Positions 37,884 to 49,456 of a stretch of DNA of 64,000 nt are shown one piece after another. Made by a program: the position numbers and the translations under genes. Source of the DNA: Candidatus Scatovivens sp. (GTDB lineage Bacteria; Bacillota; Clostridia; TANB77; CAG-508); contig JAZRKN010000015.1 in NCBI GenBank assembly GCA_045646345.1, positions 1 to 64,000 of the forward strand, read 5' to 3'. The notes under the pieces were generated by a model that had not been told where the DNA came from, did not search any database, and saw nothing but the letters and a program-made list of their open reading frames with translations. Position 1 is the first letter of the stretch. Each line of letters opens with the position of its first letter.

Positions 37884-38043
37884 AATATGCCTCCTTATAG
37901 CATTATTCTTACTATTTAATCATACTTATATTTTCTATATTTTTCAAGTATTTTTTAAATATATTTGTATTTTAATTGAATTACATAACATTTTTTTCAA
38001 AAAAAAGACATAAGTAGGATATTTTACCTACTTATGCCATATT

Positions 38044-40746
38044 TTATCTTTCTATTTTATCTTTTAAATTTTTGATAGCATTTCCTACACTTATTTTTTC
38101 TTTTCTATCATCAGATTCATTTTTTATAGCAAATCCAATTAAAATTCCACCTACTAATAATAAGTATATCCACCAAGGAATTGCAAGCCAAAATTCTCTA
38201 GTTAATAATATTGCATTAACAAGTATAGCCATTATACTTACAATAAATAATGCACCATATTTTTTCATATAACTATACATCACAAGTGCAACTATAAATA
38301 AAACAAATATAATTCCATCAGCTTCACTTGTATACAATCCTATAGCATATAAATAAATTATTGAGAAAACAAAATATTCTAAAGTATCTAAATCTTTAAC
38401 ATATTTTTTTACAATGTCTTTTAATAAAACAATAGCTAAAATTACCATTCCAATTACTTCTGTGCAAGCAAATTCATCCAATCCAAGTTCTATTAACAAA
38501 TCTCTATATAGTGCATATGCAGACATATATGTTATTGTTTTAAATATATCTTTACTTTTTTCTTCTTGCATAAAGTACATATTAACAAATGCCCACATTA
38601 TAAAAATTATTTCTTTAATCAAGTTATTATCAAAGAAATCTAATGCCAATAACAAGTATATCATTGAGAAAATGGTATCAATAGAAAATCTTTTTTGATA
38701 TACAGAAACAAATGTTGCTGCAACTGCAGCAATCATTACAATTACTGGTTGTAACTCTTTTTCTATTTCTGCATTTTGCATAATTACCATAAATCCAATC
38801 ATTGGAATCATTCTTAAATATTTATTATCTTTATTTTTAAAATTTTCATATATTAAATATGCTGCAAATGCAAAACCTAATATTATACTTGCAAGGTTTT
38901 CTAAATTGCTAAGTGTAATAAATGAAATTGCGCTTATTAAAGATATAAATAGTTTACTATACTCATCATTCAATTTTTTGTTTGTATTTTCCAATACAAT
39001 TACAATTACACTTATAATTAAAGGAATTAAATAATCAATCTTATATGATAAATCTAAAAAATCAAAACTTGAAAGTAATATGAAGAATATATTACTATAA
39101 CTCACATATTTAAATAATTTAAATTCTCTATTCTTTATAAAACTATATACATAAACAAGTTCTAATAAAATAAATAAAAATACATCATTTGAAAACTCTG
39201 AAAATTTCACAATATAACACGAAAAATATGTTAATAAGATATTAATATGTGCTATTGCAAAAAATCCCTTATTTAATCTTCTGTATTCTTCTCCTACAAA
39301 TAGTTCTCCTATGCAGAATACTAATAATGAAGAAATTATATAGAAAATATAGTTTAAATCTATTAAATTTAATATATCTGTAATTGCGATTATCAATGTT
39401 GTTGGAATTAAATAACTTAAAATAGCTTTTCCATTATCTGTTGATTTTAAATATGCTAAAAACATTAATATAACTTCTACTAACGCAACCATATATGTTT
39501 TTACAAATCCGGTATCCCCTTCAAATGTTCTAATCCCCATTATTCCCACAGCAACAAGACTTGTTACCATTGATGATTTAATTAAATTAGAATCTCTGTT
39601 AGATACAACTCCAACAATAACTGAAATTGCAATTGTATAAATTATTCCCAATATAACTCTTATACTATTTAACACTTCAAAAGGATATTCAAAAATCAAA
39701 CTTGTAAATATTCCAAATGCATATAATGATATATTAAATAAATATGCATTAACTTGAGTATTTTCTTTTTTGGTATATAAAAGAAAATAGTTTACTGTTA
39801 ATAGTGGTATTACCAACAATAATTCATAATTACCTTCAAAGAAATAACATAACGCATAAAAACCTGCAATTATTGGAATTCCATTATAAAAGATATTTAA
39901 TAGTTCTATAGCAAAATTTTGCTTTGTTAATTTTATTAAAGCTATATTATAAATTAATAATAATATAACTATTAATGATATTTCATTCGAAAAGATTAAT
40001 CCAAATAAAATCACACTGCAAATTTGTGAAAGTACACTTCCAGCTAATAACGCATTTGATTTTCTTGTCTTATAATTCAAATAATATATCGCAGATGTTA
40101 AAACCATTGACATTGCTAAATATGTATATCTTCCATCTCCATAGATAGAAAAATAATGTCCAAATAGACCAAAAACAGAACAAGATATCAAACATATTGG
40201 AATATATGCCATTGCAAGATAGAAAAATGTATTACTAGCTTTTTCTAATTTAAATCTATCTTTTGCAATTTTACTTGCACCTAAAAATACTCCTATTAAT
40301 AATACAAGTACTACTGTTTTTATAATATTAGAAACAGTATTCCATGTTGACATTAAGAACACTATTGCTGCTAATACTATTAAAATAGCACCAGTTATTA
40401 AAATTGTAGTATTCTTTGTTTCTCTTTCTTGTCTTTCTCTTTTTAACTTTTTTTCTAATTTTTCATCTTCAGTTAACACTCTTGTCTCTTTTGTAACAGT
40501 TCCACTATCAGGAATTGTTTGTCTTAATTTTTGAAGAGTTTCTACTGATTTTACTTGTACATTGTTATTCTCTATTTCTCTTTCTGAAACAGTAACTGTT
40601 TTTAAATCAGCTAAATTTGCAAGTTTTCGTTTTAGCTCTTTATTTTCTTGTTGCAATTCTTTAACCATTTTGTCCATTTTATAAGCATATATTAAAACTG
40701 CAATTACTATGATTATAAATAACGCCATTGTTTTATACCTCCTCAA
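38044..40746 (-). CDS. Large polytopic membrane protein (DUF2157/DUF2339-like)
   Basis: More than 20 TM segments; 'LITGAILIVLAAIVF..STW' and 'PWWIYLL.VG' motifs. Confidence 0.75.
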   Translation of the reverse strand: MRRYKTMALFIIIVIAVLIYAYKMDKMVKELQQENKELKRKLANLADLKTVTVSEREIENNNVQVKSVETLQKLRQTIPDSGTVTKETRVLTEDEKLEKKLKRERQERETKNTTILITGAILIVLAAIVFLMSTWNTVSNIIKTVVLVLLIGVFLGASKIAKDRFKLEKASNTFFYLAMAYIPICLISCSVFGLFGHYFSIYGDGRYTYLAMSMVLTSAIYYLNYKTRKSNALLAGSVLSQICSVILFGLIFSNEISLIVILLLIYNIALIKLTKQNFAIELLNIFYNGIPIIAGFYALCYFFEGNYELLLVIPLLTVNYFLLYTKKENTQVNAYLFNISLYAFGIFTSLIFEYPFEVLNSIRVILGIIYTIAISVIVGVVSNRDSNLIKSSMVTSLVAVGIMGIRTFEGDTGFVKTYMVALVEVILMFLAYLKSTDNGKAILSYLIPTTLIIAITDILNLIDLNYIFYIISSLLVFCIGELFVGEEYRRLNKGFFAIAHINILLTYFSCYIVKFSEFSNDVFLFILLELVYVYSFIKNREFKLFKYVSYSNIFFILLSSFDFLDLSYKIDYLIPLIISVIVIVLENTNKKLNDEYSKLFISLISAISFITLSNLENLASIILGFAFAAYLIYENFKNKDNKYLRMIPMIGFMVIMQNAEIEKELQPVIVMIAAVAATFVSVYQKRFSIDTIFSMIYLLLALDFFDNNLIKEIIFIMWAFVNMYFMQEEKSKDIFKTITYMSAYALYRDLLIELGLDEFACTEVIGMVILAIVLLKDIVKKYVKDLDTLEYFVFSIIYLYAIGLYTSEADGIIFVLFIVALVMYSYMKKYGALFIVSIMAILVNAILLTREFWLAIPWWIYLLLVGGILIGFAIKNESDDRKEKISVGNAIKNLKDKIER

Positions 40747-40761
40747 AAGTATAATTATATT

Positions 40762-42000
40762 TTATTTTTTTCTTCTTAAAATCCAGCCTTCTTCAACTTT
40801 TGTTGGAATTCTTAAAACTACTTTTTGTTCTGCTTTTCCTGGATTTACAGTTGGAATTGATTCACCTGTTTCATCATTCCACAACTCTTCAATTTTAAAT
40901 TCTAATGAATCTATTTCTCCTGGAATTAACAATTCTAGAGTATCTCCTACAGATAGTTTATTTCTTATTTCGATTAATGTTTTTCCATCATCTAATTCTT
41001 TAATTACTTTTCCGCCGAATTCAAAATCACTATTATATTGTCTTCCAGAATAATCTTGAAAATCTTTGTTTTCTCTATCATTAAAATAAAATGTTGTTAA
41101 TCCTCTTGTTTTTGTTTTTTCAAGTTCTCTGATATATTTTTCAGGATTATAATGTTCTGGATCTCTCATATAATCATCAATAGCATTTCTATAAGCATTT
41201 ATAACAGTTGCAACATAATATTCTGTTTTTAATCTACCTTCTATTTTTATACTATCAATTCCCATATCAATAATTTCAGGAATTTCTCTAATTAAGCATA
41301 AATCTTTAGAAGAGAATATATATGTTCCTTTTTCATCTGTTTCAACAGGCATTAAATTTCCTGGATTATTTGTTTCTTCAACATATAGGTTAAATGCCCA
41401 TCTACATGGTTGAGAACAAGAACCTAAATTTCCACTTCTTCCTGATAAAAACTCACTTAAGAAGCATCTTCCAGAATATCCAAAACATAAAGCTCCATGA
41501 GCAAACATTTCAATATCTAAATCTTCTGGTTTATTTTCCATAATGTCTTTTATTTGTTCTTTATTTAATTCTCTACCAAGAATAATTCTTTTTGCACCAT
41601 TTCTATGCCAGAATTTGCATGTATGATAACTTACAGTATTAGCTTGTGTACTAATATGAATTTCTGTATTTGGAGCATATTCACGAACTATATCAACAAC
41701 TCCACCATCAGCAACTATTATTGCATCAACACCTAATCTATCTAATTCTGCTGCTTGTTTTTTTATTTCTTCATAAGTTTCATCCCATGCAAAAATATTT
41801 ATAGCAACATGAACTCTTTTTCCGATGCTATGAGCATAATTTATTGTTTTTTCTAATTCATCTTCTCCAAGTTCTGATCTTGATCTTAAAGATAATTTTG
41901 GTGTACCACAATAAATCGCATCAGCACCATATTTAAAAGCTATTTTTGCTTTTTCAAAAGAACCTGCTGGTGCTAATAATTCAATTTTCTTTTTCTCCAT
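40762..42000 (-). CDS. U32 family peptidase (tRNA hydroxylation TrhP-like)
   Basis: ELLAPAG, HISTQAN, HGALC..YSGRC, CSQPCR, SSKDL and KIEGR motifs. Confidence 0.93.
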   Translation of the reverse strand: MEKKKIELLAPAGSFEKAKIAFKYGADAIYCGTPKLSLRSRSELGEDELEKTINYAHSIGKRVHVAINIFAWDETYEEIKKQAAELDRLGVDAIIVADGGVVDIVREYAPNTEIHISTQANTVSYHTCKFWHRNGAKRIILGRELNKEQIKDIMENKPEDLDIEMFAHGALCFGYSGRCFLSEFLSGRSGNLGSCSQPCRWAFNLYVEETNNPGNLMPVETDEKGTYIFSSKDLCLIREIPEIIDMGIDSIKIEGRLKTEYYVATVINAYRNAIDDYMRDPEHYNPEKYIRELEKTKTRGLTTFYFNDRENKDFQDYSGRQYNSDFEFGGKVIKELDDGKTLIEIRNKLSVGDTLELLIPGEIDSLEFKIEELWNDETGESIPTVNPGKAEQKVVLRIPTKVEEGWILRRKK

Positions 42001-42410
42001 TTTATTCCCCTCTTATATTTATATAAATTTAATATATCACTGTTATATCAACGGTTTTAATTTATCATTTCAACCATTAAATTTCCTTTATATTATATCA
42101 AACTAGACATATTTATTCAAGAAAAACCTCGGCATTTATGTAAATTTTAATCTTCTATTTTTAAAAACAAAACATAAAAAATTCATCTATTAATCATATT
42201 CATAAAATATATTGGATTTGAATGTGCGCATAAAAATAATATTATTTTTAGAATAATATTATTTTTGACACATACATATATATTAGAAAAAGATATTTTT
42301 CCTGTATATAAAAAAACTTTGCATCCCATGCATTTATGGAAAATATTGCATTTTTCTTGATTTTGTGGTATAATTAGGTGAATTATGTGTGTTTTTAAGA
42401 AAGGAGAATT

Positions 42411-44081
42411 ATGGAAGAAGAACAACATATTGACGAAACATTATTTTGGGAAGTACCAGAAATAGATTTAAACCTAAGACATTATTCTGGTGGACCATCT
42501 GATGTTATTAAAAGAATAAAAACAGATATCGAAAAATATTTAAGTAATCCAAATCTAAAGCCAAATCAAGCAGTTGTTCGTTATACAGAAGCTGGTGTGC
42601 CATATCTTGTAAGATATAACCTAAAAGAAGTTTATTCTGCGATTTATAATGCTTTAAACTATTACAAAGATATCTCTTATTTACCATCCGCTGAATATGG
42701 TACTGGTGATACATTTTTATCAAATTCAATCAGAATATTTAACGAAGACTATGACTACCTATCTTCAAAATATAATTCTTCTGATTCAAATGATGCACCA
42801 GTAATTAGCTTTAGTGGTAGAATTAAATCACCATTAAGCCTAGTTGATAAAATTAGAGAAAAAGTATCAGAATATATTGAAGAAGATAGAGACTTCGGCT
42901 ATTTCAATGAAAGCTTAAGAGACTTAATTGGAATGAGAGTTGTTGTAAATCCCCCAAAAGAAATTCAAGATCAAGGATTACAAGCTGAATCTGATTATTT
43001 ATATAAAGTGTTTTATGATTTAATGCAAAGACACGGTATTACAGGAACCCCAAGTCCTGAAGTAACTCAAAATGGAACATTTTGTTTTATACCAGTAAAC
43101 ACAAGACATGATCCGCATAAAGCTGAAAAATTAAAAGCAAGACCAGAAATTGAAGGATTTGCAGACTTTATTGAAAACGAAGAAGTTAAGATATTTATTC
43201 CTAAAACAAGACCTTTTGAAATAGAACAACCTTGCGTTGACTCTGTACTAAAAGATTATTGTAGATTTCCAAAACACAAAGGATATCAAAGTTTACACGT
43301 TTGTATTGTACCTTATTACTCAACAAATGTAGAACATCTAGAAATACCAAATTGTATATTACCACCCAAATGTAAATCCAGTGTTTTTGAATATCAATTT
43401 AGAACAGCAAAACAAAATGACTATGCAGAACATGGTAAAGCATCTCATAATGTAGAATATAAACCAAACAATATTTACCATAGATTAGCAGTTCCATTTT
43501 ATATAACATTTGACTCTTTAGAAGATTTAAGTGAAGACTCTTATACTCCACAAGAAAAAATTTCAAAACCAATTAATATAAAAAACAAATTAAGACTTAG
43601 AAATTTTGGAGAATCATTTAAGAAATTTTATGGATTTACTTTTGAAGAATACTTTGGAATTCCATTTAAGAAGTTTAGAGATTCATTTGAATCATCCGAC
43701 AGAGATGCAGTACTTGCAAAAACTAAAGAAGTTAGATTTGATGAAAAACAAAACAGATATTATACAGTAACTTCTAAAGAAGCTGGAAGCAAAGTCGTTT
43801 TAACATTATCACAAGAAGATGTTGAAAAATTAAAACAACTTTTAGAAGAAGTAAAATCTACAGATCTTTTGAGATTCTTTGAAACATCTCATTTAATGGA
43901 TGGTTTAAAAAATCCATCAATAACTACAGATCATCATCCTCAAGTTAGACATAGACCATTTGAATTATATCAATTAGAGTCTTTTGCAGACAGAGCAGAA
44001 CCTCACATAAATCAATCTGCTTTAACTCAAGAACAAACTTTTTCAGAAGCTGCTGGTAGTATTACTTTAGATGAAAAATAG
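42411..44081 (+). CDS. RelA/SpoT synthetase-domain protein without hydrolase, TGS or ACT domains
   Basis: GRIKSP.S..DK, DLIGMRVV, KDY..FPK..GYQSLH, EYQFRT and AEHG.ASH..YK motifs. Confidence 0.85.
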   Translation: MEEEQHIDETLFWEVPEIDLNLRHYSGGPSDVIKRIKTDIEKYLSNPNLKPNQAVVRYTEAGVPYLVRYNLKEVYSAIYNALNYYKDISYLPSAEYGTGDTFLSNSIRIFNEDYDYLSSKYNSSDSNDAPVISFSGRIKSPLSLVDKIREKVSEYIEEDRDFGYFNESLRDLIGMRVVVNPPKEIQDQGLQAESDYLYKVFYDLMQRHGITGTPSPEVTQNGTFCFIPVNTRHDPHKAEKLKARPEIEGFADFIENEEVKIFIPKTRPFEIEQPCVDSVLKDYCRFPKHKGYQSLHVCIVPYYSTNVEHLEIPNCILPPKCKSSVFEYQFRTAKQNDYAEHGKASHNVEYKPNNIYHRLAVPFYITFDSLEDLSEDSYTPQEKISKPINIKNKLRLRNFGESFKKFYGFTFEEYFGIPFKKFRDSFESSDRDAVLAKTKEVRFDEKQNRYYTVTSKEAGSKVVLTLSQEDVEKLKQLLEEVKSTDLLRFFETSHLMDGLKNPSITTDHHPQVRHRPFELYQLESFADRAEPHINQSALTQEQTFSEAAGSITLDEK

Positions 44082-44187
44082 TAAACATTTAATAAATTTT
44101 CAAAATAATAAAAGGAAGTATGAATCCAATCCCATACTTCCTTTTATTTATTTTCAAAATCAAATTTAAGACATTTTTATATTCTTG

Positions 44188-44520
44188 TTATGTAATTTGT
44201 TTATTCAAATATTCTTTTCCCTCAATCTTATTTAAAATCTTTAAATTTATATTTTCTTTTTCAAGTTCTTTTAAAATACATAATGTCTCATCTTCTGATC
44301 CCATGTCAATAACAACCAAATTATTATAGAAATTTCTCCCCATATTTAATTCTCTAACATAATTTTCAATTCCATTTTCTACATTTTTTACAGTCATTAT
44401 CAATTTTACATTTTCTTCAATTTTCTGATATGTACTATTTCTTACTATTTCTTGAATCATCACTAATATTCCATATATAGCAAAACACCAAATTAATCCA
44501 TATACAATTATTTCTAGCAT
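44188..44520 (-). CDS. Small membrane-anchored protein with a GT2-like fragment
   Basis: N-terminal TM; 'VKN.E..IE', 'VVIDMGSEDET'. Confidence 0.7.
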   Translation of the reverse strand: MLEIIVYGLIWCFAIYGILVMIQEIVRNSTYQKIEENVKLIMTVKNVENGIENYVRELNMGRNFYNNLVVIDMGSEDETLCILKELEKENINLKILNKIEGKEYLNKQIT

Positions 44521-44678
44521 AAATTAAATTCTCCTTTCTTAATCTATGGTATATATTATGTTCTTTTTAGTGTTTATGTTAAATTAAAAAATAGCAAAAA
44601 AAAGAAGAAGATTAAATAAAAATCTTCTTTCTTTTTTATCTACATATTTTTGAATGTGCTATTTCTAGCACTTTTAGA

Positions 44679-45188
44679 TTATACTAACATTAAAATAGCT
44701 TGGCTGCTGTTATCTCCACGTCTTGGTTCCATTTTTAATATTCTTGTATAACCACCAACTCTACCTTCATATTTAGGTGCTAATTCGTTGAATAATTTGT
44801 CCATAACGTCAATTCCTTCAACTTTATTAACTTTTGTCATTAATTTTCTTCTAGCACTTAATCTTGATGGCATGTCTTTTTGTCTTTTTTCCATTTTTTC
44901 TTCTTTAACAACTCTTAAATATTCTTTTCCATTTTTGCTTGTTACTTTTTCTGTAACTTTTCTTCCGTTGCTATCTAATTTTGCTTTTACAACTTTTACT
45001 TCTACTTCTTCAAAGTTTTTATATTCTTTAACAGCAAGTGCGATAACACTGTCAACAATAGCTTTAACTTCTTTAGCTCTAGCTTCTGTTGTAACGATTT
45101 TACCATTAACTAGTAAATCTGTTGTTTGCACTTTTAACATTGCTAATCTTTGATCAGTTGGTTTTCCAAGTTTTCTTGTTCCTGCCAC
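44679..45188 (-). CDS. rplQ: 50S ribosomal protein L17 (with internal insertion)
   Basis: RKLGK, TTEARAKE and GGYTRI..M..RRGD motifs. Confidence 0.97.
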   Translation of the reverse strand: MAGTRKLGKPTDQRLAMLKVQTTDLLVNGKIVTTEARAKEVKAIVDSVIALAVKEYKNFEEVEVKVVKAKLDSNGRKVTEKVTSKNGKEYLRVVKEEKMEKRQKDMPSRLSARRKLMTKVNKVEGIDVMDKLFNELAPKYEGRVGGYTRILKMEPRRGDNSSQAILMLV

Positions 45189-45210
45189 TTTACTTCTCCA
45201 CCTTCCTTAA

Positions 45211-46158
45211 TTATTCTTCTTCAGATGTAAAGCTTAAACCTAAGGCAATTAATTTATTAGTTACTTCGTCTAATGATTTTTTACCTAAGTTTCTAACTTT
45301 CATCATATCTTCTTGTGATTTATTTGCTAAATCTTCAACTGTAGCAATACCTGCTCTTTTTAAACAGTTGTAAGATCTTACAGAAAGTTCTAATTCCTCG
45401 ATAGGCATTTCTAAAACTTTCTCTTTCTTTGATTCTTCTTTTTCTACCATAACTTGAGTATTTTTTGCTGTTTCTGATAGGTCAATAAATAATTCTAAAT
45501 GACCTGTCATAACTTTAGCAGCTAAACTCAAAGCTTCAAATGGTTTTAGACTTCCATCAGTCCATACTTCAATTGTTAATTTATCGTAATCTACCATTTG
45601 ACCAACTCTTGTATTTTCAACACTATAATTTACTTTTTTAACTGGTGTAAATATAGAATCAATTGCTAATACATCTATTGGATTGTTATCTTTTTTGTTT
45701 TTCTCAGCAACATTGTATCCTCTACCTCTATTTACAGTCATTTCCATGTGTAAATCACAATTGCTTGAAGTTGTTGCTATATGTAGTTCTGGATTTAATA
45801 TTTCAACTGTTCCATCTGTTACGATATCAGCTGCTGTAATTTCTCCAGCACCTTTGAAATCTATTCTAATGATTTTTTCGTCATTATCAAAAGCTTTAAG
45901 TCTTACATTTTTTAAATTAACAATTAACTCAGGAACATCTTCTACAACACCTGGTACTGTAGAAAATTCATGTACTACGCCGTTTATTTTAACACTTGTT
46001 ATAGCAGCTCCTGGTAATGATGATAATAAGATTCTTCTTAAAGAGTTTCCTATTGTCATACCATAACCACGCTCTAATGGTTCACATATGAATTTTGCAT
46101 AATTCCTCTTATCGTCTGCCTCTATACATTCGATGTTTGGTTTTTCAAATTCAATCAT
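45211..46158 (-). CDS. rpoA: RNA polymerase alpha subunit
   Basis: [21 protein letters not shown]; alpha-CTD. Confidence 0.99.
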   Translation of the reverse strand: MIEFEKPNIECIEADDKRNYAKFICEPLERGYGMTIGNSLRRILLSSLPGAAITSVKINGVVHEFSTVPGVVEDVPELIVNLKNVRLKAFDNDEKIIRIDFKGAGEITAADIVTDGTVEILNPELHIATTSSNCDLHMEMTVNRGRGYNVAEKNKKDNNPIDVLAIDSIFTPVKKVNYSVENTRVGQMVDYDKLTIEVWTDGSLKPFEALSLAAKVMTGHLELFIDLSETAKNTQVMVEKEESKKEKVLEMPIEELELSVRSYNCLKRAGIATVEDLANKSQEDMMKVRNLGKKSLDEVTNKLIALGLSFTSEEE

Positions 46159-46242
46159 TCTTACCTCCTAGTAAGGTTATAAAACCTTTTTTAAAATTTA
46201 ATATCTCAATTTATTACGTACGTTTCCTAAGTATTTAAATTA

Positions 46243-46869
46243 TTATTTAGAATATAACTCAACGATTAAGTGTTCTTCAACTGGTAAATCGATTTCTTCT
46301 CTATTTACTATTCTTAGAACTTTTGCGCTTAAGTTTTTAACATCTAATTCTAACCATTCTGGAACTGGTCTTGCTGCTCCAGCTTCAATGTTAGCTTTGA
46401 TAACTGTGTTATCTCTTTTTCCTTCTCTTACAGCTATAACATCACCTGGTTTTACTAAATAAGAAGCTATATCAGTTTTAACTCCGTTAACTTCAATATT
46501 TCCATGTGTTACTATTTGTCTAGCTTGTGGTCTAGAAGCTCCTAAACCTAATCTGTAAACAACATTATCTAATCTGCTTTCTAATATTTGTAAAAGGTTT
46601 GTACCTGTGATTCCTTTTTTATTAGAAGCCATTTCGAAATATTTTCTAAATTGTTTTTCTCCTACTCCGTAGAATGATCTTGTTTTTTGTTTTTCTCTTA
46701 ATTGAGTACCGTATTCAGATAATTTTGTTCTTTTTTGTCCGTGTTGTCCTGGAGCGTAATTTCTTCTTGTTACGCTACATTTATCAGAATAACATCTTGA
46801 TCCTTTTAAGAACAATTTTTGTCCTTCTCTACGGCATATACGACATTGTTCGTCTTTATATCTTGCCAT
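46243..46869 (-). CDS. rpsD: 30S ribosomal protein S4
   Basis: [26 protein letters not shown]. Confidence 0.99.
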   Translation of the reverse strand: MARYKDEQCRICRREGQKLFLKGSRCYSDKCSVTRRNYAPGQHGQKRTKLSEYGTQLREKQKTRSFYGVGEKQFRKYFEMASNKKGITGTNLLQILESRLDNVVYRLGLGASRPQARQIVTHGNIEVNGVKTDIASYLVKPGDVIAVREGKRDNTVIKANIEAGAARPVPEWLELDVKNLSAKVLRIVNREEIDLPVEEHLIVELYSK

Positions 46870-46926
46870 GTTATATCATACACCTCTTTCTAAAAATTTC
46901 TTTATACAATATATTAATTCTTTTAA

Positions 46927-47328
46927 TTAAACTCTTCTTCTTTTTGGTGGTCTGCATCCATTGTGTGGTATTGGAGTAACATCTTTAATCATTGTGATGT
47001 CTAATCCAGCTGTTTGTAATGATCTGATTGCAGCTTCACGTCCTGCACCAGGACCTTTAACGTAAACTTCAACAGTTTTTAATCCATGTTCCATTGCTGC
47101 TTTAGCTGCAGTTTCTGCTGCTTGACCAGCTGCGAATGGTGTGCTTTTTCTAGAACCTTTGAATCCTAATTCACCAGCACTTGCCCAAGAAATAACATTA
47201 CCTTGAGTATCTGTAATAGAAACTATAGTATTGTTAAAGCTTGAATGAATATGTGCAGCACCTTTATCTATGTTTTTTCTTTCTCTTCTTCTGATACCTG
47301 TTGCTTTTTTTGCACTAGCTTTTGCCAT
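46927..47328 (-). CDS. rpsK: 30S ribosomal protein S11
   Basis: [26 protein letters not shown]. Confidence 0.99.
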   Translation of the reverse strand: MAKASAKKATGIRRRERKNIDKGAAHIHSSFNNTIVSITDTQGNVISWASAGELGFKGSRKSTPFAAGQAAETAAKAAMEHGLKTVEVYVKGPGAGREAAIRSLQTAGLDITMIKDVTPIPHNGCRPPKRRRV

Positions 47329-47360
47329 TTGGTATTCCCTCCTCTAAATTATTTCAAAAT

Positions 47361-47726
47361 TTATTTTTTACTTTTACTTACTAATTTTCTTGGACCTTTT
47401 CTTGTACGAGCATTAGTTTTTGTTCTTTGTCCTCTTACTGGTAATGCTCTTCTATGTCTGATTCCTCTATAGCATCCTATTTCTGTAAGTCTTTTAATGT
47501 TTAAAGCTACTTCTCTTCTTAAGTCACCTTCAACTTTTAAACCTTCCATAGCTTTTCTTAAGTTAGCTACTTCATCATCTGTTAAATCTTTTACTCTAGT
47601 ATCTGGGTTAACTCCAGCTTCTTTAAGAATTTTTTGAGATGTAGGTAATCCTATACCATATATATATGTTAATCCTATCTCAACTCTTTTTTCTCTAGGT
47701 AAATCAACTCCTGCTAAACGAGCCAT
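47361..47726 (-). CDS. rpsM: 30S ribosomal protein S13
   Basis: [10 protein letters not shown] start at 47726 with GGAGGTG RBS; [13 protein letters not shown]. Confidence 0.98.
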   Translation of the reverse strand: MARLAGVDLPREKRVEIGLTYIYGIGLPTSQKILKEAGVNPDTRVKDLTDDEVANLRKAMEGLKVEGDLRREVALNIKRLTEIGCYRGIRHRRALPVRGQRTKTNARTRKGPRKLVSKSKK

Positions 47727-47789
47727 AAATTTTTGCACCTCCATAAATTTTTAACTTTATTTAGTTTTTATTTTGCTGTTATTATTGGT

Positions 47790-47920
47790 TGTCTTAGATA
47801 ATCAAACCTGAAATGTACCATACTTATATACAATTATAAATATGGTAGTAATCTAATTATTTTGGACATATATATAAACACAATTATGAATATCATTTCT
47901 GACAGCCGCTCCATATCTTG
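47790..47920 (-). promoter_or_regulatory. Probable ribosomal-protein leader RNA upstream of rpsM (S4-Clostridia-type candidate)
   Basis: About 220-nt spacer with a GC-richer core GGAGCGGCTGTCAGAAAT...TATGTCC and a taccata...tatggta hairpin; family assignment is inferred. Confidence 0.45.
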
Positions 47921-47948
47921 TGTTAATATCTAAATTGTTTTGTTTTAA

Positions 47949-48062
47949 TTAGCCTTGTCTTTGTTTATGTTTTGGGTTTTCGCAAATTACTCTAACAACG
48001 CCTTTTCTTTTGATTATTTTGCATTTTTCGCAAATTTTCTTAACTGATGGTCTTACTTTCAT
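47949..48062 (-). CDS. rpmJ: 50S ribosomal protein L36
   Basis: [14 protein letters not shown]...HKQRQG (37 aa). Confidence 0.98.
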   Translation of the reverse strand: MKVRPSVKKICEKCKIIKRKGVVRVICENPKHKQRQG

Positions 48063-48170
48063 TTTCTTCCCTCCTAAATTATATTTATCGAGATAAGTTA
48101 ATTCCCATACTAAGTTTTTGTACACACCCAAACTTCGACTTTTAAGGAATGTCCCTTATTTTTTTCTAAA

Positions 48171-48389
48171 CTATTTTGCTCTCCAAGTAATTCTTCCTTT
48201 TGTTAAATCATATGGTGATAATTCAAGTTTTACTTTGTCACCTGGTAGTATTTTAATATAATTCATTCTTAGTTTTCCTGAAATATGTGCTAATACTTGG
48301 TGCCCATTTTCTAGTTCTACTTTAAAATTAGTATTTGGTAAAGTTTCAACAACTGTTCCTTCTACTTCAATTACATCTTCCTTAGACAA
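48171..48389 (-). CDS. infA: Translation initiation factor IF-1
   Basis: [18 protein letters not shown]; TTG start. Confidence 0.99.
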   Translation of the reverse strand: MSKEDVIEVEGTVVETLPNTNFKVELENGHQVLAHISGKLRMNYIKILPGDKVKLELSPYDLTKGRITWRAK

Positions 48390-48603
48390 ATTTAATCCTC
48401 CTTACTTAAAAGCGCAAATAAGCCTATACAAGGCCATTTCCGAATATTTTACTGCTTTTAGAGCAGTAATCTTAAACATTATAACCGATTTTTCTTTTAA
48501 AGTCAATACTTTTGTTGTATTTTTTGTTAATATTTTCTATTATTTTTTTATAAAAATTTTAACAATTTTTTTATGTTTTTTTGGTATTATTTTTATCATT
48601 TTT

Positions 48604-49374
48604 TTACAATAATGTTAGTATTTCTGGTTCATCGTTTGTTATTAATATTGTATTTTCATAATGAGCTGCTAAACTACCGTCTTGAGTAGCTATTGTCCAT
48701 CCATCATCTAATTCCCAAATATCTTGTCTACCAGCAATTACCATTGGTTCTATGCATATTGTCATTCCAGGTTCTAATCTTGGACCTCTACCTGGTTTTC
48801 CAATGTTTGGAACTCCTGGTTCTTCGTGCATTTCTTTACCGATTCCATGACCTTGAAATTCTCTTACAAGATTAAACCCAAAACTTCTTACATAAGATTC
48901 TATAGCATAAGAAATATCTCCAATTCTATTTCCTGGTTTCGCCATTTTTAATCCTTCAAAAAATGCTTGTTTTGTAACAGCAGCAAGTTCTTGTGCTTCT
49001 TTTGAACATTTACCAACTAAAAATGTTCTAGCTGCATCTCCATTATATCCATTTTTTAAAACAACAAGATCAACACTTACTAAATCTCCATCTCTTATGA
49101 TGATATCTTTTGATGGTATTCCATGAATAACAACATCATTTATTGAAATGCATAATGTTCCTGGAAAATTTGGAACTCCTCTTACACCACTTGGATAACC
49201 TTTTTGTGCTGGAATTCCTCCATGTTCTTTTATGAATTTTTCAGCTAAATTATCTAATTCTAATGTAGACATTCCTGGTTTTATTATTTTTTCGATATAG
49301 TCATATGTTAAAGCTGTTATTTTGCAAGCTTCTTTCATTAATTCGATTTCTCTTTTTGATTTTATTGTAATCAT
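48604..49374 (-). CDS. map: Methionine aminopeptidase type I
   Basis: HGIP, D...D, GHGIG..HEEP, IEPM and AHYENT motifs. Confidence 0.98.
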   Translation of the reverse strand: MITIKSKREIELMKEACKITALTYDYIEKIIKPGMSTLELDNLAEKFIKEHGGIPAQKGYPSGVRGVPNFPGTLCISINDVVIHGIPSKDIIIRDGDLVSVDLVVLKNGYNGDAARTFLVGKCSKEAQELAAVTKQAFFEGLKMAKPGNRIGDISYAIESYVRSFGFNLVREFQGHGIGKEMHEEPGVPNIGKPGRGPRLEPGMTICIEPMVIAGRQDIWELDDGWTIATQDGSLAAHYENTILITNDEPEILTLL

Positions 49375-49456
49375 TTAATTTCCTTCCTTTTTAAACAAAA
49401 TTGAAGTTACTGCTTTAATCAATGTATTTTTAAAACTGTAACTTCAAATCTTTTGT

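Noticed and set aside
42183-42428. 81-aa minus-strand ORF
   Set aside because: Overlaps the promoter and start of the RelA/SpoT-domain gene; no RBS and implausible composition.
44540-44570. dif-like sequence (…TATATATTATGTT…)
   Set aside because: The left arm does not match, there is no change in gene orientation, and the site reads better as the promoter region of 44188-44520.
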